This document shows, piece by piece, positions 1 through 13,045 of a DNA stretch of 64,000 nt (its first letter is position 1; each line of letters opens with the position of its first letter). The notes below the pieces were generated by a model. That model searched no databases. It was not told where the DNA came from and saw only the letters and a list, made by a program, of their open reading frames with translations. A program made the translations under genes and the position numbers. This stretch comes from Rhizophagus irregularis (lineage: Eukaryota): the NCBI RefSeq assembly GCF_026210795.1, contig NC_089431.1, positions 1,984,001 to 2,048,000 of the forward strand. Reading direction: 5' to 3'.

Positions 1-1065
1 TGCTTTTAATAGATAATTTGTAAAAATAAAAAAAATAAAATTATATTTTTTTTTTAACTTGCTATAAATTAAAGTTGCCTTTCTAAACTAATAAGTTTAG
101 AATTATTTTAAATTGAAACTTATTTAAAAAATTATTTTAAATTTTGAAACTTTTACAAATAACTGAAATAAGTAAAATAACTTTAAACTAATTTCAAAGT
201 TTTAGAGTTTAATTTAAAAAATAAAATAGAATTAATTTAAAAAAAATAGAATAGTTTGGAAAATGGATTTAGTTAGAAGAGTAACTTTACTTTAAAAATT
301 AATGGGAAATGGTATTTTAATATATAAAAAATTCTTTTAAAAAAAAAATTTCATGAATAAATTTTTTTTTTTGATATAAGAAATAATTATCATATATATA
401 TAATCTATATTTAAAATTTTAATTATAGATTAGTGTTATTAAAAACTGGAATTAATATTTTTGGAAGAAACCAGAATTGCATCTAAATTTTTAATTATTG
501 TTTGGCATGTACAGTAAATAAAGGTTAAATAGAGATTTTATTTGTCATGATTTTAATCAAATATAAGCATATGCGTAATTAAGAAAATAACCAATAACTT
601 TCAATCATTGTCGTTTACGGTTTACACTATGATGTAACATTTATGCACAATTTTTTCCTATCAGAATTCTACAGTATTTAGTAATAACTCCTAATTGTTA
701 TTCTCGAAATTCTCTTGATTTTCCAACTATAGGTTCTTGCGCATTAAATTAAAACAAAACTGCGCTTACCGCATTTGTACAATAAAAAAACATACCATTT
801 ATGGACTATAATTTGAGCGATGCGCAGAATTCGCAGAACTTACAACAAAAATGAATCAAAATATATATTTATTTTTATAAAAAAAAAATTAAGCAATAAA
901 AAAAAAATAATTAAATAAATGATCACTCTTAGCGATTTAAAAATTAGATGAACCACCTATCTATACAAGTATAATAAATATATAAATATATATATAATTT
1001 TTTTTTTTTTTAAACTGTGAGAGATGAATAAAGTTCGTACGCGAAAATAATAATAATAAAAAAAA

Positions 1066-1773
1066 TTATCTTGAATCGCCATACCCATTTTGAATAGTTT
1101 TAGCAAAAGATCTAGATTTAACTTGTTGTCTTTTCAACATAGATTCAGCAACGCTTCCTACTATATATAAAAGAGTAGTTAAACCGATCATAATTATAAA
1201 TAACGTATATTTTTGTAAGAATCCATCAGATGCAGTTTGTGCTCCACCATCATTGCTTGCAGCAACAGTACTACTAGTTCCACTAACAGAATCAAGACTA
1301 ACATCATCTAATCTGGCCCAATTACTGAAATTCTTTACAACCAAAGTTTTAACTGTTACACTACCAGTTGCTCCTTGAGCATTCCAACTCAATGTAATTG
1401 GGAAATTTTTTACATTACTATTTTTATGAGTAATAGTAGTAGATGGTACTCCACATTCTTTAAATTTTACATAGTCAGGTAAATTTTCAAATAAACCTAC
1501 TCTCTTATTATCCTTATCTAAAACGTAAACCAAAAGTCCTTCAACGCCATTGCCAGGTCCATTAATTGTTAAATCAAATTTTCCTTGAGATTTCATGTTC
1601 GTAGTAATCGTATAACCCCCCGGACTTTTTAACGAGCTAGCTCCATGTCCCTTGGTAGACATGTCTTCTACATTACAAGTATCAGCTCCATCTGGTAATG
1701 CTGACACATAGAATGGCATTAATATGAACAAAAAAAGGAAAAATGAAAATAATTTCTCATGTAATTTACTCAT
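1066..1773 (-). CDS. Reeler-domain type I membrane protein (signal peptide, Reeler domain, Ser/Thr linker, C-terminal TM helix)
   Basis: 235-aa intronless ORF. Signal peptide, then Reeler-like pattern PDGA..C...M...H, GLLVY, RVGLF, C...TITH...K, W.A, V.VKTLVV...W; hydrophobic TLFIIMIGLTTLLYIVG near the C-terminus. Confidence 0.8.
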   Translation of the reverse strand: MSKLHEKLFSFFLFLFILMPFYVSALPDGADTCNVEDMSTKGHGASSLKSPGGYTITTNMKSQGKFDLTINGPGNGVEGLLVYVLDKDNKRVGLFENLPDYVKFKECGVPSTTITHKNSNVKNFPITLSWNAQGATGSVTVKTLVVKNFSNWARLDDVSLDSVSGTSSTVAASNDGGAQTASDGFLQKYTLFIIMIGLTTLLYIVGSVAESMLKRQQVKSRSFAKTIQNGYGDSR

Positions 1774-2247
1774 TTTTTTTTTAATTTAATTTTAGTGTTT
1801 AGTTTTATGTTAAAATAAAAAAAAAATTAAGTGGAATCGCCGGCGATTCGAATAAGTTCGTTTTTTAAATAAAAAAAAAAATATATATATAATAATAATA
1901 TAAAATAAATAAATTTGTAACCTTCAATTATTTTATTTATTATTTATTTCTTTTTATTTAATCAAAATGCCAAAGACGATAAAAGAAAAAATTAAAAAAG
2001 AAAAATCATAAAAAAAAGAGCACATAAAAAAGAAAATCAAATAAAAGCCAAGACTGATCAACAAGTACAAAGCAAAATAAATCATTTGAGTGGCGATGAA
2101 TCTGACACAAAAAGTCGGGAATGATCCATTTTTAGAAATCAAACGGCATAAAAAAAGAAATGAGTGTTATAAATTACTATAATTACATTTACTTTTAGTA
2201 ATGTTTATCTTAATTAAAATTAATATCTATATAAAAAAAAGGAATTT

Positions 2248-2273
2248 TGATACTAGTTGATACTATGATACTA
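2248..2273. promoter_or_regulatory. Triple TGATACTA repeat in the shared divergent promoter
   Basis: TGATACTA at 2248, 2258 and 2266; function unknown. Confidence 0.25.
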
Positions 2274-3203
2274 AGAATTTCTATCGAACTTAATCAGGTT
2301 TGGATGCAAGATCTTATACAATCAAATTTTTTTTTAAGCCGCGGAAATAAGGACATCCCGAAGGCTTTGTCTTTTAAGAATTATTTATTTATATAAAACC
2401 AAGAAACTCGAAAAATTGCGATTTGAAACGGGATAATGTCATAAATTTTTTTTTTTTTTTTGATACAATTTCCTCCTCTTTCTTGGCAATAAATATTTTT
2501 GATACACTAAAAACATCCGTACTGATAAGCCGCAAACAAAGTTCCACTATTTAGGTTTGGGATAATTCTTGATCATCACAAAAAAAAGTTTATTTATACA
2601 ATTGGAAAGAATTACGAAATTTATAAATTGTCTGCTTTGAACATTCGCTCAAAAATTTTTTTTTACTCATGAATCTGAAACTTATTACTTAATACTACAT
2701 TGCGAATGGTACACAAACTTAATTAAGGTAAATGTCATTAATTGTATTTCTAATTAGACAATTCAAAAAAAAAATGATTTTTAATTAGTTTTACATTTCT
2801 GTAACTTTTTCGCCTCGTGAAAGTAGCACTTTTGATGATCCTCCTTTGTTAATAGGTGGAAAAAAAACTAAAAACTGGGTCCCAATTCTTTTTTTCTCAC
2901 TCTATATGCAATCTGAGTTTGGTCTTAGATTCTTCATTTTTTAGGTTTTTTTACCTTTTTTTTCAATACTTTTAAAAAGCTAGGCATTCTCACTGGTTGA
3001 GTTTTGTTTTAGACGTCCTTTAGTTTTTAAATCTTTAATAAACTTACCTTCTTTTTGTATGCGAGCTGGTCTCTCGCTTTATTATACTTTTTCTCAATAA
3101 CAAATTACAAAGATTATTAAACTCTATTCTAATTTTTACATATTACATTTTCTTGTTCTAGTTTCTTCTACCTTTACTACCGTTATTTTTTTTATTCTTA
3201 AAA

Positions 3204-4912
3204 ATGTTGGAATCAGGAGACTTCGCGGCTGGTTATTACCAAGCTTTGACTTATTTAGGTGTAGTAATCTTACTCTCAGCACTATATCAATATAATCAAA
3301 TATCTAAGTATATATTTCGTACAAAATGGCCAACTGTTCCTGATTTACCGAATCGAAGAGAAAAAGATGATACAAATCAAACACCTTCCACTATCGCACC
3401 TGATATTCATTCTGCTCCAACTGTAATGTTCCATAAGCTTATAAATTATTCTCTTCATATATTTTCTGTTGGTGATATGACAGTTGGTGAAATCTTGTTG
3501 TTTGTGCTCTTTATTGTGATCAATCTTATTTTCCTTTTATCACAATTCCCGGCTGATGCCACGGGTGCTGAAACTTTTAGCAAAAGATGCGCATACCTTG
3601 CTTTAGCAAATGCGGCTTTTGTATACCCTTTGGCTACTAGGAATTCAGTTTTCCTTAAATTAATTGGTATTCCTTTTGAACGATTGATTAGATTCCATCG
3701 TTGGGTTGGTCGTACAATTTACTTTTTAATCACTTTTCATGGATCTTTTCAAATTCAGCAATCCTACGGAATTAGTAATTCAGTTTCTCAAGCTCTCTTT
3801 GGAACTACAACTAATCAATGGGGATTTTTAGCTTACATCTCTCTATTAATTATTATGTTCACTTCTCATTCCGTAATTCGTAGATACTTTTTTGAAGTGT
3901 TTTACTGGTCTCATTTCAGTTTCATCTTTTTCCTTATATTCGGTAATTTGCATCAACCAGAATTTCTTTTGTTTACAGTAATTGGAATGAGTCTTTATCT
4001 TGTCGATCGCCTTACTCGTTTTATATTTGGATTTGGAACTATTAATGTGATTGGAATGGAAGCTATTCAAGCTGGAGTTACTAAAGTTATTTTTGAATTC
4101 AAAGATTATTACGAGGCCGGACAATATATGTTTATTAACTTATCTAATTTGAATCCACCGGTTTCATTGATAGCATGGCATCCTATATCATTTTCTTCTT
4201 CACCTAGTGTTATGGATGATGGTGTTCATTATGGCAGTATTCACATGAAGGTTCAGGGGGGTTTTTCAAGACAACTTTACGCTAGAGCACAAGATGGTGC
4301 ACAATATAGTCAAGCTCCGTTAAAAATGAGAATAGATGGGCCTTATGGAAAAACAAGCCTCGATTTTATGCAACATAGAACTGTAGTATTAGTAAGTGGT
4401 GGTATTGGTGTTACTCCAATGATGAGTATATTACGTGACTTAGTTGATCGACAAGTTGCCAATATGCCAGTAGTCACTCAAGCCATATATTTCTTATGGG
4501 TTATACCTGATATAGGTAATTTAAATTTATTAAATTTTTCTTCTGTATAATTTGTCCCATGAATAATTGACTAAACTGTGACGCGTTTTATTTTTAAGAT
4601 GCGTATCAATGGTTTGGATCTGAATTACGTGAATTAATATCACGAGCTGGAGCTTTACCGCAAAATAAGCATATTCTCGACGTTAAGGTGTTCTTAACTC
4701 GTTCAACAACCACTCCATCATCAATTTTTTTCCAAGGTCGACCTGACTTTTCGATTTTTATGCAAGATATAAAACGATATCATGGCTCAGGTGATGTTGC
4801 GGTTGGTGTATGTGGACCTGCTGTTATGTTGAAACAAGTCCGAAATGCGGCTGTTCATTCAAGTGATAAAACTTGTTTGTTTAAAGTTCATTGTGAAACA
4901 TTCGAATTATAA
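3204..4912 (+). CDS. Ferric reductase (FRE/FRO, NOX superfamily), 2 exons
   Basis: Heme-His motifs RFHRWVGR and FYWSH, FAD motifs GQYMFI/WHPISFSSSP, NADPH motifs IDGPYG, VSGGIGVTP, VCGP, terminal HCETFEL. GT-AG intron 4516-4598 restores the frame (IPDIDAYQWF). Confidence 0.93.
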
Positions 4913-7269
4913 CTTAATTAATATTCATATTAGTCATACATGTATATTAAATAAAAGATAAAATGTTACGTTAACTAGATCGGTTAAATTTTTTTTTTTT
5001 TAAAAAAAACACACTTTCTTCATTATAATATATCACACGAAATTTGTAATTTTTTATTTGTATATGTTTAAAAAAAAAAAAAAAAAAATTCTTTTTTTGT
5101 AACATGGTATTTATTAACTAATAATTTGAACCAATTAAATTGGTTTAACAAATTTTTAATATAAGAAACTAAACTGAGGGTCTAATATTATTGTAATGAA
5201 GTATTTCAATATTTTCCAAGCATAATTTATCCACTTTTAACCATAATTGTACAATAGATATTTTTTTTAATATTCATCTTTTATATTAATTATATTAATA
5301 AATCTCAAATTTGGTATATAAAAAAAAATATAACCTACTTTTTTTTTCTTTTTAAGTCAATTAAATAAAAAATTCTATTGAGAAAGATAAGAATTGGATT
5401 AAAATTGTAAAACATTTTTTTTGGAATTTTTTGTTTTTTACTATAAATTTTTTCTAATACAGAAGGCAATCAATATTATGTGAATCATTACATGCTAATG
5501 TGATACAAATAATTTATAATTTTGTTCTTAAAATATAATAAACAAATTTCACATACTTCATATTTTTTGGAATTTTTTAGAAATATGAAATCACCTACTG
5601 CATAAATTTATTGATTTTTGTTATGCAGTTCATAAAAGTTAAAAATGGTATAACATGATCAATATTATTCCAATAACCATAAATTTACTATTATTCAAAT
5701 TGTCTTAATAAGACGAATCCAATAAACTAATAATCATGAAATCATTGAATTATAAAGTATCATAGGATAATTCCAGATATTTAAAGCATAATCATATATT
5801 TAATATCTATTTTACAAGCACAAAATTACCATTATTAGAATTGTTTTAGTAAGATAAATCTATTGAATCTAAGATCATGAAAATCCAATTACTGGATATT
5901 GAAATATTCTTAATATATAACTTAAATTTTTTAAAAAATTAAGAGTTTTGCAATTTTTATAAACTCATGTAACTTATGTTTGCTAATGTTATCAAAATTT
6001 TTGCTTAAGATAGAATTAATCAAAGATTATTGTTAGGGCTACCACCATGAAAATAGTTGAAGATCGAACAAGTCACATGATGTAGTATGCAGAAATCCTC
6101 TGAGTTATTACAATATGAAACATTTCTTATAATATATTTTAGTTTTATTAGTTATTTACATTAATTAACTACTTTTAGTATTGTTATTACTTTTGACTCA
6201 TAAGTATTCAATTATAAGTATCAGTTTCCTCAGAAAATTGCTTTATTAGTTTAGCTAGAGAAGTTTCTTGAACTTTACATAGTTGATGAATCATATAGAC
6301 ACATAGAACTTATACGAAATGGTAATGGAAAGGTTTTTGCAGATAATTGCAATGGAAAAAGAACAATTGATTGATTAATCATATTAGTATAATAGGATAA
6401 TATTGATAGGTTCAAACTGTCATGTGTGCAAATGTAAATATACAGTATATAGAGCAATATTTTTCTTTGAATAAAGATTGTTAACACCTGGATAATCTAA
6501 CAGTGAGTTTAGATTGTGTTATCTGAAGTATTGTGTTTTTGTATGATTTGTTTATTAGTTTTTCTTTGTAGAAAACTTTTCGCATATTTTATTTGTTTTA
6601 CCTTTGTGTTTATTATTAGTTGTTAGATAGATTTCTATCTTTAAGAAACTCTTACATTGTTTACCATCATTATTAATTTTCTATTGAGAATTATTAGTAA
6701 TACTTTTATATTTCATTATAATATTATCAAGATACTTATTATTTTATTACTTGGCCTTTTTGTCATGACTGTTCAATTTAACATCTCTGATGTTAATTAT
6801 CACTCCAAACCAAATTAGTGATAATACTAACTTTACATTAAGCTTCTAATTTTATATAATAAAATTATTTATATTATATTCACATGTTTTACTAAATTTC
6901 TTAATAAAAGTATTTGAAAAGTATATTAAAAGTATATAGGAGATATTCTTCTGAAATATTATAAAATATAGATCAATTGCTTATTTTATAGAATTAAAGC
7001 TATTATTGTAGCAAATAAAAATAGAATTCAATAATAAATTTTTATTTTAATTAACAATTAAAGATGCAATAAATGTATTATACTTAAATTTTTACTTTCA
7101 CTTTACTATTAATATATATATAATTTTTTTCACTTTAAAAAATGTTTGCATATCATTGATCACTCTCTGTAGTATATACCATATATCGTGGGCCACAGTA
7201 CTTCAGATATTTTGCAAAAATTGGGGTTTGATCCTATACTTGCAGATACTAAACAAAACTTAAAAATTC

Positions 7270-7412
7270 TGTTTTTTGTAAATATTTTATGATTTACTAG
7301 TCCAATTTGAGCGATCTTCTTTTTATTATGAAGAGCTCAATAATAAGAACTATTAAACAAAAAAAAGATTACTCAAATTTGATTACTAGATCACAAGATA
7401 AATGTAAAATAT
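7270..7412. repeat. Degenerate inverted-repeat (MITE-like) remnant
   Basis: actagtccaatttgagcgatcttctttt pairs imperfectly with aaaaagattactcaaatttgattactag; resembles the interior of the MITE at 15098-15392. Confidence 0.45.
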
Positions 7413-9374
7413 CTCCTAAGTATTATACAATTCTATAAAATTTTTCAAGAGGAATATATATGGTAATACCTTTTCTGTTACAAAAAAAATATTTTACAAA
7501 ACTTTTATATTATATATATATGTAGTATTACAAAATTAATAAAGATTATAAGTATTAAAAGATTTAAATAAAGTTAAATAAAAGTTTAAAATTAAATAAA
7601 ACTGAATATAACTTAATTGTAGTAAAAATTATTTAAAAATATTTCATCTTATATTTTAGGAAATTTGCTATTAGAATTTTGTATTTTAACATAAAAAGTT
7701 AAAGATATAAAACTCTTAATAATTTTAAATTTACAAGTAACTTAGTTAAAATTAATATTATTAATTACTTGAGTTTTACAATTTGATTTGATATTTAACA
7801 TTTGATTTAAATTTGATTTGATTTGAAAATTCTTTAATTTAATTGATTAATTTGATAAATATTTATTTGATTTAATAAATTCAAATTAGTTTCTATTCAA
7901 TTTAATTAAATTTTAAAGAACCCTATTAATTACTATAAAATTTGTATATTATATCATATAACAAAATGCAATTTATAAAAAGAAAGTATTTATAACTATT
8001 TTTAGGATTTGTCTAAAGTAAAATCAATTTTGTAATTGGTTTAATTTATAAGAATTATTAGCATTAGATATTTTTAATCATTTTCTAACATTAGTAATTA
8101 GTGATATTTTTTAAAGTTTTAAGATCAGAATTCTAAATAATATTAAAAAAAAAAATCTGGTTTTATATAAATTTTATAATAAATTCTAATTTTAAATATG
8201 ATATAAAGTTATATTAATTTTTTAGTTTCAAATTTGCAATTTTAAAAATTAATAATTAGATTTAATGATCTTGAAATTCATTAAAATAAATATTTTGATA
8301 TTTATTTATTTTTATAGCTATAATATTAATTAAAAAAAATTATTATTTATCACTGATGTGATTTATTGCTATTTTCCATTTGTTATGTAAATTATGTAAT
8401 TTAATGTAATATATATTTAATTAACCTTTTTGATTATCATCAATTAGTATTTTCTACAGTTTGTTTATCCTTTTTATTTCTTTAATATTAAATGCAAAAT
8501 GCCAAAATTCATAAATAATTTCATTTTTTTTTTTTTAATAATCTATACATAAATAATTTCATTTATTATTTTCTTTTCATATAAATTTACCTTATAGAAG
8601 AATAAAAATTCAAAAATATTTATCTTTAGAATTTACTTAAAATATATAATTAGGTAGAATAATATTGGCTGACTTTAAAGTAATGTTAACTTTAAAGTAG
8701 TATTTGACTTTAGAGTAACTTAGGGTTAGGGTAAAAAAAGTAAATTTAAATTAAATGTGTTATTTTTAAAGTAGTATTAGTTTAGAGTAACTTAAAGTTA
8801 AGGTAAGAAGAATTAGTTTAAGTTAGGTATACTAGAAAATAGTAACCATTGATGCATTTAAAAAGAACCTGCTTAAGGTCTCTGGGAAAAATTTTAAATT
8901 TACCAGTAATTTTACTTTACTCCAATTATTAATATTATTGATTAATTGATTAAAAGGAAAAAAATTATAATAATGCAATATAATATTTCCTTTTTTAGAT
9001 ATAATTTATCTATTTATAATAGGATTATTAAAATTTTTTCTTAGTGATTTTACTTTAGAGTTATAGTGATTTTTATTATAAGTAAGTGGAGTCCTATCTG
9101 AAACATTATAAATCACATGCTTATAAAAATTAAACTGTAAATTAAATAGCATAAAATTTTTTAAAAATATTTTAAATCAAAGTGACATAAATAAAAAGTG
9201 TCATATACATAAACAAATCTAAGGTTACACCTGATTCTAAGATTTTATTGGTTATACACGCCTATGGACGGATAATACATGTATAATTAAAAGTAAAATG
9301 AAAGTGTTCTATACTTATGTTTTAGACAATTATCTTTGGAGTAATATTAATTTAAAGTGGTTTTAAGATTAAGG

Positions 9375-9881
9375 TAGTGTTCTGCAAATGATTTGGTCAA
9401 ATCAAATCAATTCAGATTCAATTTGGATTTGGTTTGATTCAATTCGATAATTTTTGATTTGTAAATCGAATTCAAATCTCAAATTCAAATTTGAGTCTGA
9501 ATCTGAATCAAAAAATAAAATTTGATTCGATTTTAAATCAAATTGTTAAATTGAATTAAATCGTTAAATCAAATCAAATTATTAAATCGTTAAATCATTA
9601 AATTGTTAAATCATTAAATTGAATCAATCAAATCAAATCAAATTTTGAATTAAATCGTCAAATCGAATCAAATTGAATCAAATCCTAAATCAAATCAAAT
9701 TAAATTGATTCGAATCTCAAACTTATTAAACTTTATTTAATTAGAATCAGATCAAATTTAAATCAAATCAAATCAAATTAAATCAAATTTTGAATCAGAT
9801 TTGAATTTTTTAAATTTAATTCAATTGAATCAAATTTGAATTTGAACTGATTTGATCTGATTTGATCTGTGCAGAACACTA
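9375..9881. mobile_element. MITE with 12-bp TIR, filled with AAATC/GATTT-type pentamer repeats
   Basis: Perfect TIR TAGTGTTCTGCA...TGCAGAACACTA; interior is a degenerate AATCG/AATCA/GATTT array; no clear TSD. Confidence 0.7.
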
Positions 9882-10617
9882 ATAACTCATATTTAAATTT
9901 GCGTAGAGTTTATATTAAAATTTTTTAAAAGTTACATATTACAGAATATTTTCAAAATTTTGTTATTTTACATACTTCTATTTTTAATACAACCAGTAAT
10001 TCAATTTTAATAAAATTTATATCATTGAATTCATTTCGATAAGAGGATTCTAATAATAGTAAAATCACATTTCTAGTTTAAATATTGACAGAGTTATGAC
10101 ATAAAATGTATTTTTACTTTAGTATTTAAAGTTTACTTGTGAGTTATATTAGTATTATTCAGGTCTTATACTGGTCCTATATATTATTACTATATAAATA
10201 TATTAGTAAATTTTGAGGCAAATTTATTATAATTTTTTATTATTTTAGAATTTGAGATATATATATAAATAAAGAGTTTTACTAACTTGTCCTCTAGGTT
10301 AAATAACTAGAGTTAAATCATCCCTCCAAAATTTATATTTTACATCAATATTTTTTTTTAAAAAAAAAATTATATTTTACATTTCAATTTATTTTTTTTT
10401 AAAAAAAAATAGTATTTTATTTCACAATTTATATAGATTTTATTTATTTAGATATTATAGAGTATAATAACCAATTTTTCTTATATTTTTGACAATATTC
10501 TTATTTTTTATTATAATTATTTTTTTTGAAAATTTAGTAAAATTATATAATTATATAAAATTTAAATCATCAGGTTAAATTACCTTGGATTAAAATTAGT
10601 CTTATACATAAAAGCAA

Positions 10618-10983
10618 TGACAGATATTACCTAATATCAGTTTATTATAAGAGCTTACCTTCCCAGGTAAGATATATTATATATGTAATTTCCTTATATA
10701 GTATATATATAACTTAAGATTTTCAATTACCTCTCCTCCCTCTAGAATATTAAGGGGATGGCCAGAAATGACGTCATTTCCTAAAGGGAGGGAGGGGTAG
10801 AGCTAGTATACTTACACGTTATACACTTTCCATTTTTAGACACTTGTAGTTAATATAATTCTAATCAGAATTGTGTTTTAATTTTACATTTCCTAAAATG
10901 AATGATAATATAGGGAGGGGGGGTCAAAAATCCTAAAATTTAAATTACGTCATTTCTGGCCATCTTCTAAGTAATATCTGTCA
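10618..10983. mobile_element. Older TIR element hosting a nested Harbinger-type MITE
   Basis: Perfect 13-bp inverted repeat TGACAGATATTAC (10618) / GTAATATCTGTCA (10971); right end extends to CTACCCTA (hAT-like TAGGG end). Confidence 0.5.
10754..10967. mobile_element. PIF/Harbinger (Tourist-like) MITE
   Basis: TIR GGGGATGGCCAGAAATGACGT / ACGTCATTTCTGGCCATCTTC (2 C>T mismatches), flanked by TAA at 10751-10753 and 10968-10970. Confidence 0.8.
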
Positions 10984-11239
10984 CTACCCTAAATAAATTA
11001 TAAATATTAAAATATAATTATTGATTTATTTTATTATTTATGTATATATATTAATTAAATATTTTTTGAAAAATTTTCAAAGATTTTCTTAAAGTATAAA
11101 AAATACTTACCTATAAATTTAAAAATCAATTCTTTGAATTTATAATTATCTTTATGTATTGTAAATTTAGATTATTAGTAAGTTTATTAAATATTTTATT
11201 TTTAAAATCAATTATAGGATTTTATAATTTTCCGCTATA

Positions 11240-12379
11240 GCAGATCTGCTGGTGTCACGTGACTCGAAAATCATTTCCTTTTTTGGGAAATTGGTGTAAC
11301 CAACTTGCTCCATTTTTCGTCAGAAGTAAAATTTTCTTTTTTGGAAATTTGTGTAATATTGTATGATTTGACTAAAATTACGGAACTTGGCCAGAATTAA
11401 TTATGTGACAAATAAGGTGACAAATATTAAAAAAATTCTAAGTTCAAATAATACTTAGTAATTTTTGAAAGCTTGAGGGTGTGATACAGGGTGATGGTTT
11501 AACATTACAAAAATTTCCAAATAAGAAAATTTTACTTCTGATGAAAAATGAAAATTATTTATGCAAAATTTTATTTTTATTTTTATTTTTAAAATATAGA
11601 CATGACTGGAGTCTATCGCTAAATAAGAATAAACATAAACTAAAAGTCTAATAAATTCTAAACTAATGATAAAACCCAACTTCTGGGAGGAGCCCGAAGG
11701 AGTCGTCTTCCTTTTGAGATTTAGGGGACCCATACATAGCGTAGCAACCCCTAAATCTGCTTTCATACCAGTACCCACCTTATGGCAGATGTAGTGCAAT
11801 AGTAGTTCATTTCTATTCAAAGTTCCCTGAGACCCGCTCGCCTACGTACATTACACTGTGCATTTAATTTCTATTAGCCGACTGCACGTATTGCAAGCTC
11901 ACGCAAATTGGTGGTAGACCACCATAGGCGATTAGTACTCCCGCCTGCACTATTATATTCCCATAGGGGTTATATCGGGTACCAAGATGCTTTAACAGAG
12001 TCATAGGACCATCTGGCATATCGGATATGCTGGAACTGCAGTACAGGGCTACTATCCCTTAGTTATCTAAAGTCAAATGACCATTTCTAGGACTCGCCAT
12101 ACCAGTTTACCAATGATCATATCTACCACCTCACCATTCGGTAGGCATCATTTCAGCTCTTCTTAAGGTACGGGATCTTCAACGTTAGCTTATGGCCAGA
12201 CGCAGTAATATTTGTAGCAAGGACATCGTGCTGGAATCTGAACCTGCGTCTTATTGATTGGTCAGATTAATAGGAAACGTAGACGCCTTAGGCCATTACA
12301 CTAGGGATGCCAAAAGTGTTACACAAATTTCCAAAAAAGGAAATGATGTTTACATCACGTGATACTAGCGAAACTCCGC
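11240..12379. mobile_element. Fold-back element with long TIRs, flanked by TATA; right arm split by a SINE-like insertion
   Basis: Left arm ~11240-11360 matches the reverse complement of 12312-12379 plus ~11500-11555; TATA at 11236-11239 and 12380-12383. Confidence 0.7.
11569..12311 (-). mobile_element. tRNA-derived SINE-like retroposon (element B)
   Basis: Minus-strand head GGCATCCC-TAGTGTAATGG (A-box-like), GCGTCT...AGACGC stem, GGTTCAGATTCC (B-box-like), GATGTCC; GC-richer body with hairpins; (AAAAAT)n tail at 11569-11590; only a short CAAAA duplication. Confidence 0.65.
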
Positions 12380-13045
12380 TATAACAAAAAATTTTAATTT
12401 TCTTATAAAAATAATGCTGATTTATTTGGATTGCTAATTAAATATAAAAATTAGAAATTAATAGAATTTTATTTTAGACTAATCATTTTAATTTCTTTTA
12501 TTTTTTATAGTAAAAAAAATTTATATGATTTTGTTGTAAAATAATTTACCTAAATAATTATTTTTTTTTAATATACTCATGAATTATGATACTTAATTAA
12601 AAGAATTTCAATTACATTAAAAATATTAATAATTAATTAATTACTTCTATCTATTGAATTTAAGTTTTTACTTGAAATATATACATAAAATACTTTTATA
12701 ATATAATGAGTGGTTTGATAATTATTAATATTAGAAGATAAATACTATGTATTATTTTTTTATCTTTTTTTAATAAATTACCAAATATACTATGGCTAAA
12801 AATATATATATTTAAATATATATATTATAAATTTTTTTTTTTCTACAGCGCATTTGCAATATATATTATAAATTAAAAATATTTAAGTAAATTATATTAT
12901 ATTAAATTATAATAAAATTATATTTAATTTTTACTTATTTTGGTATTTTTAATATATTTTAAATATAAATAATAAAATATATTTTATTTTAAAGAATATG
13001 TTTCTTTTCATATCTACAATATATCACATCTTTCTTTTTTAGTAA

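Noticed and set aside
8719..8731. TTAGGGTTAGGG telomere-like repeat
   Set aside because: Only two units, embedded in a degenerate duplicated AT-rich block; not a telomeric array.
11455..11820. 121-aa ORF (also 14918-15127 and 6275-6487)
   Set aside because: They cross mobile-element junctions or decayed DNA and show no recognisable protein motifs.
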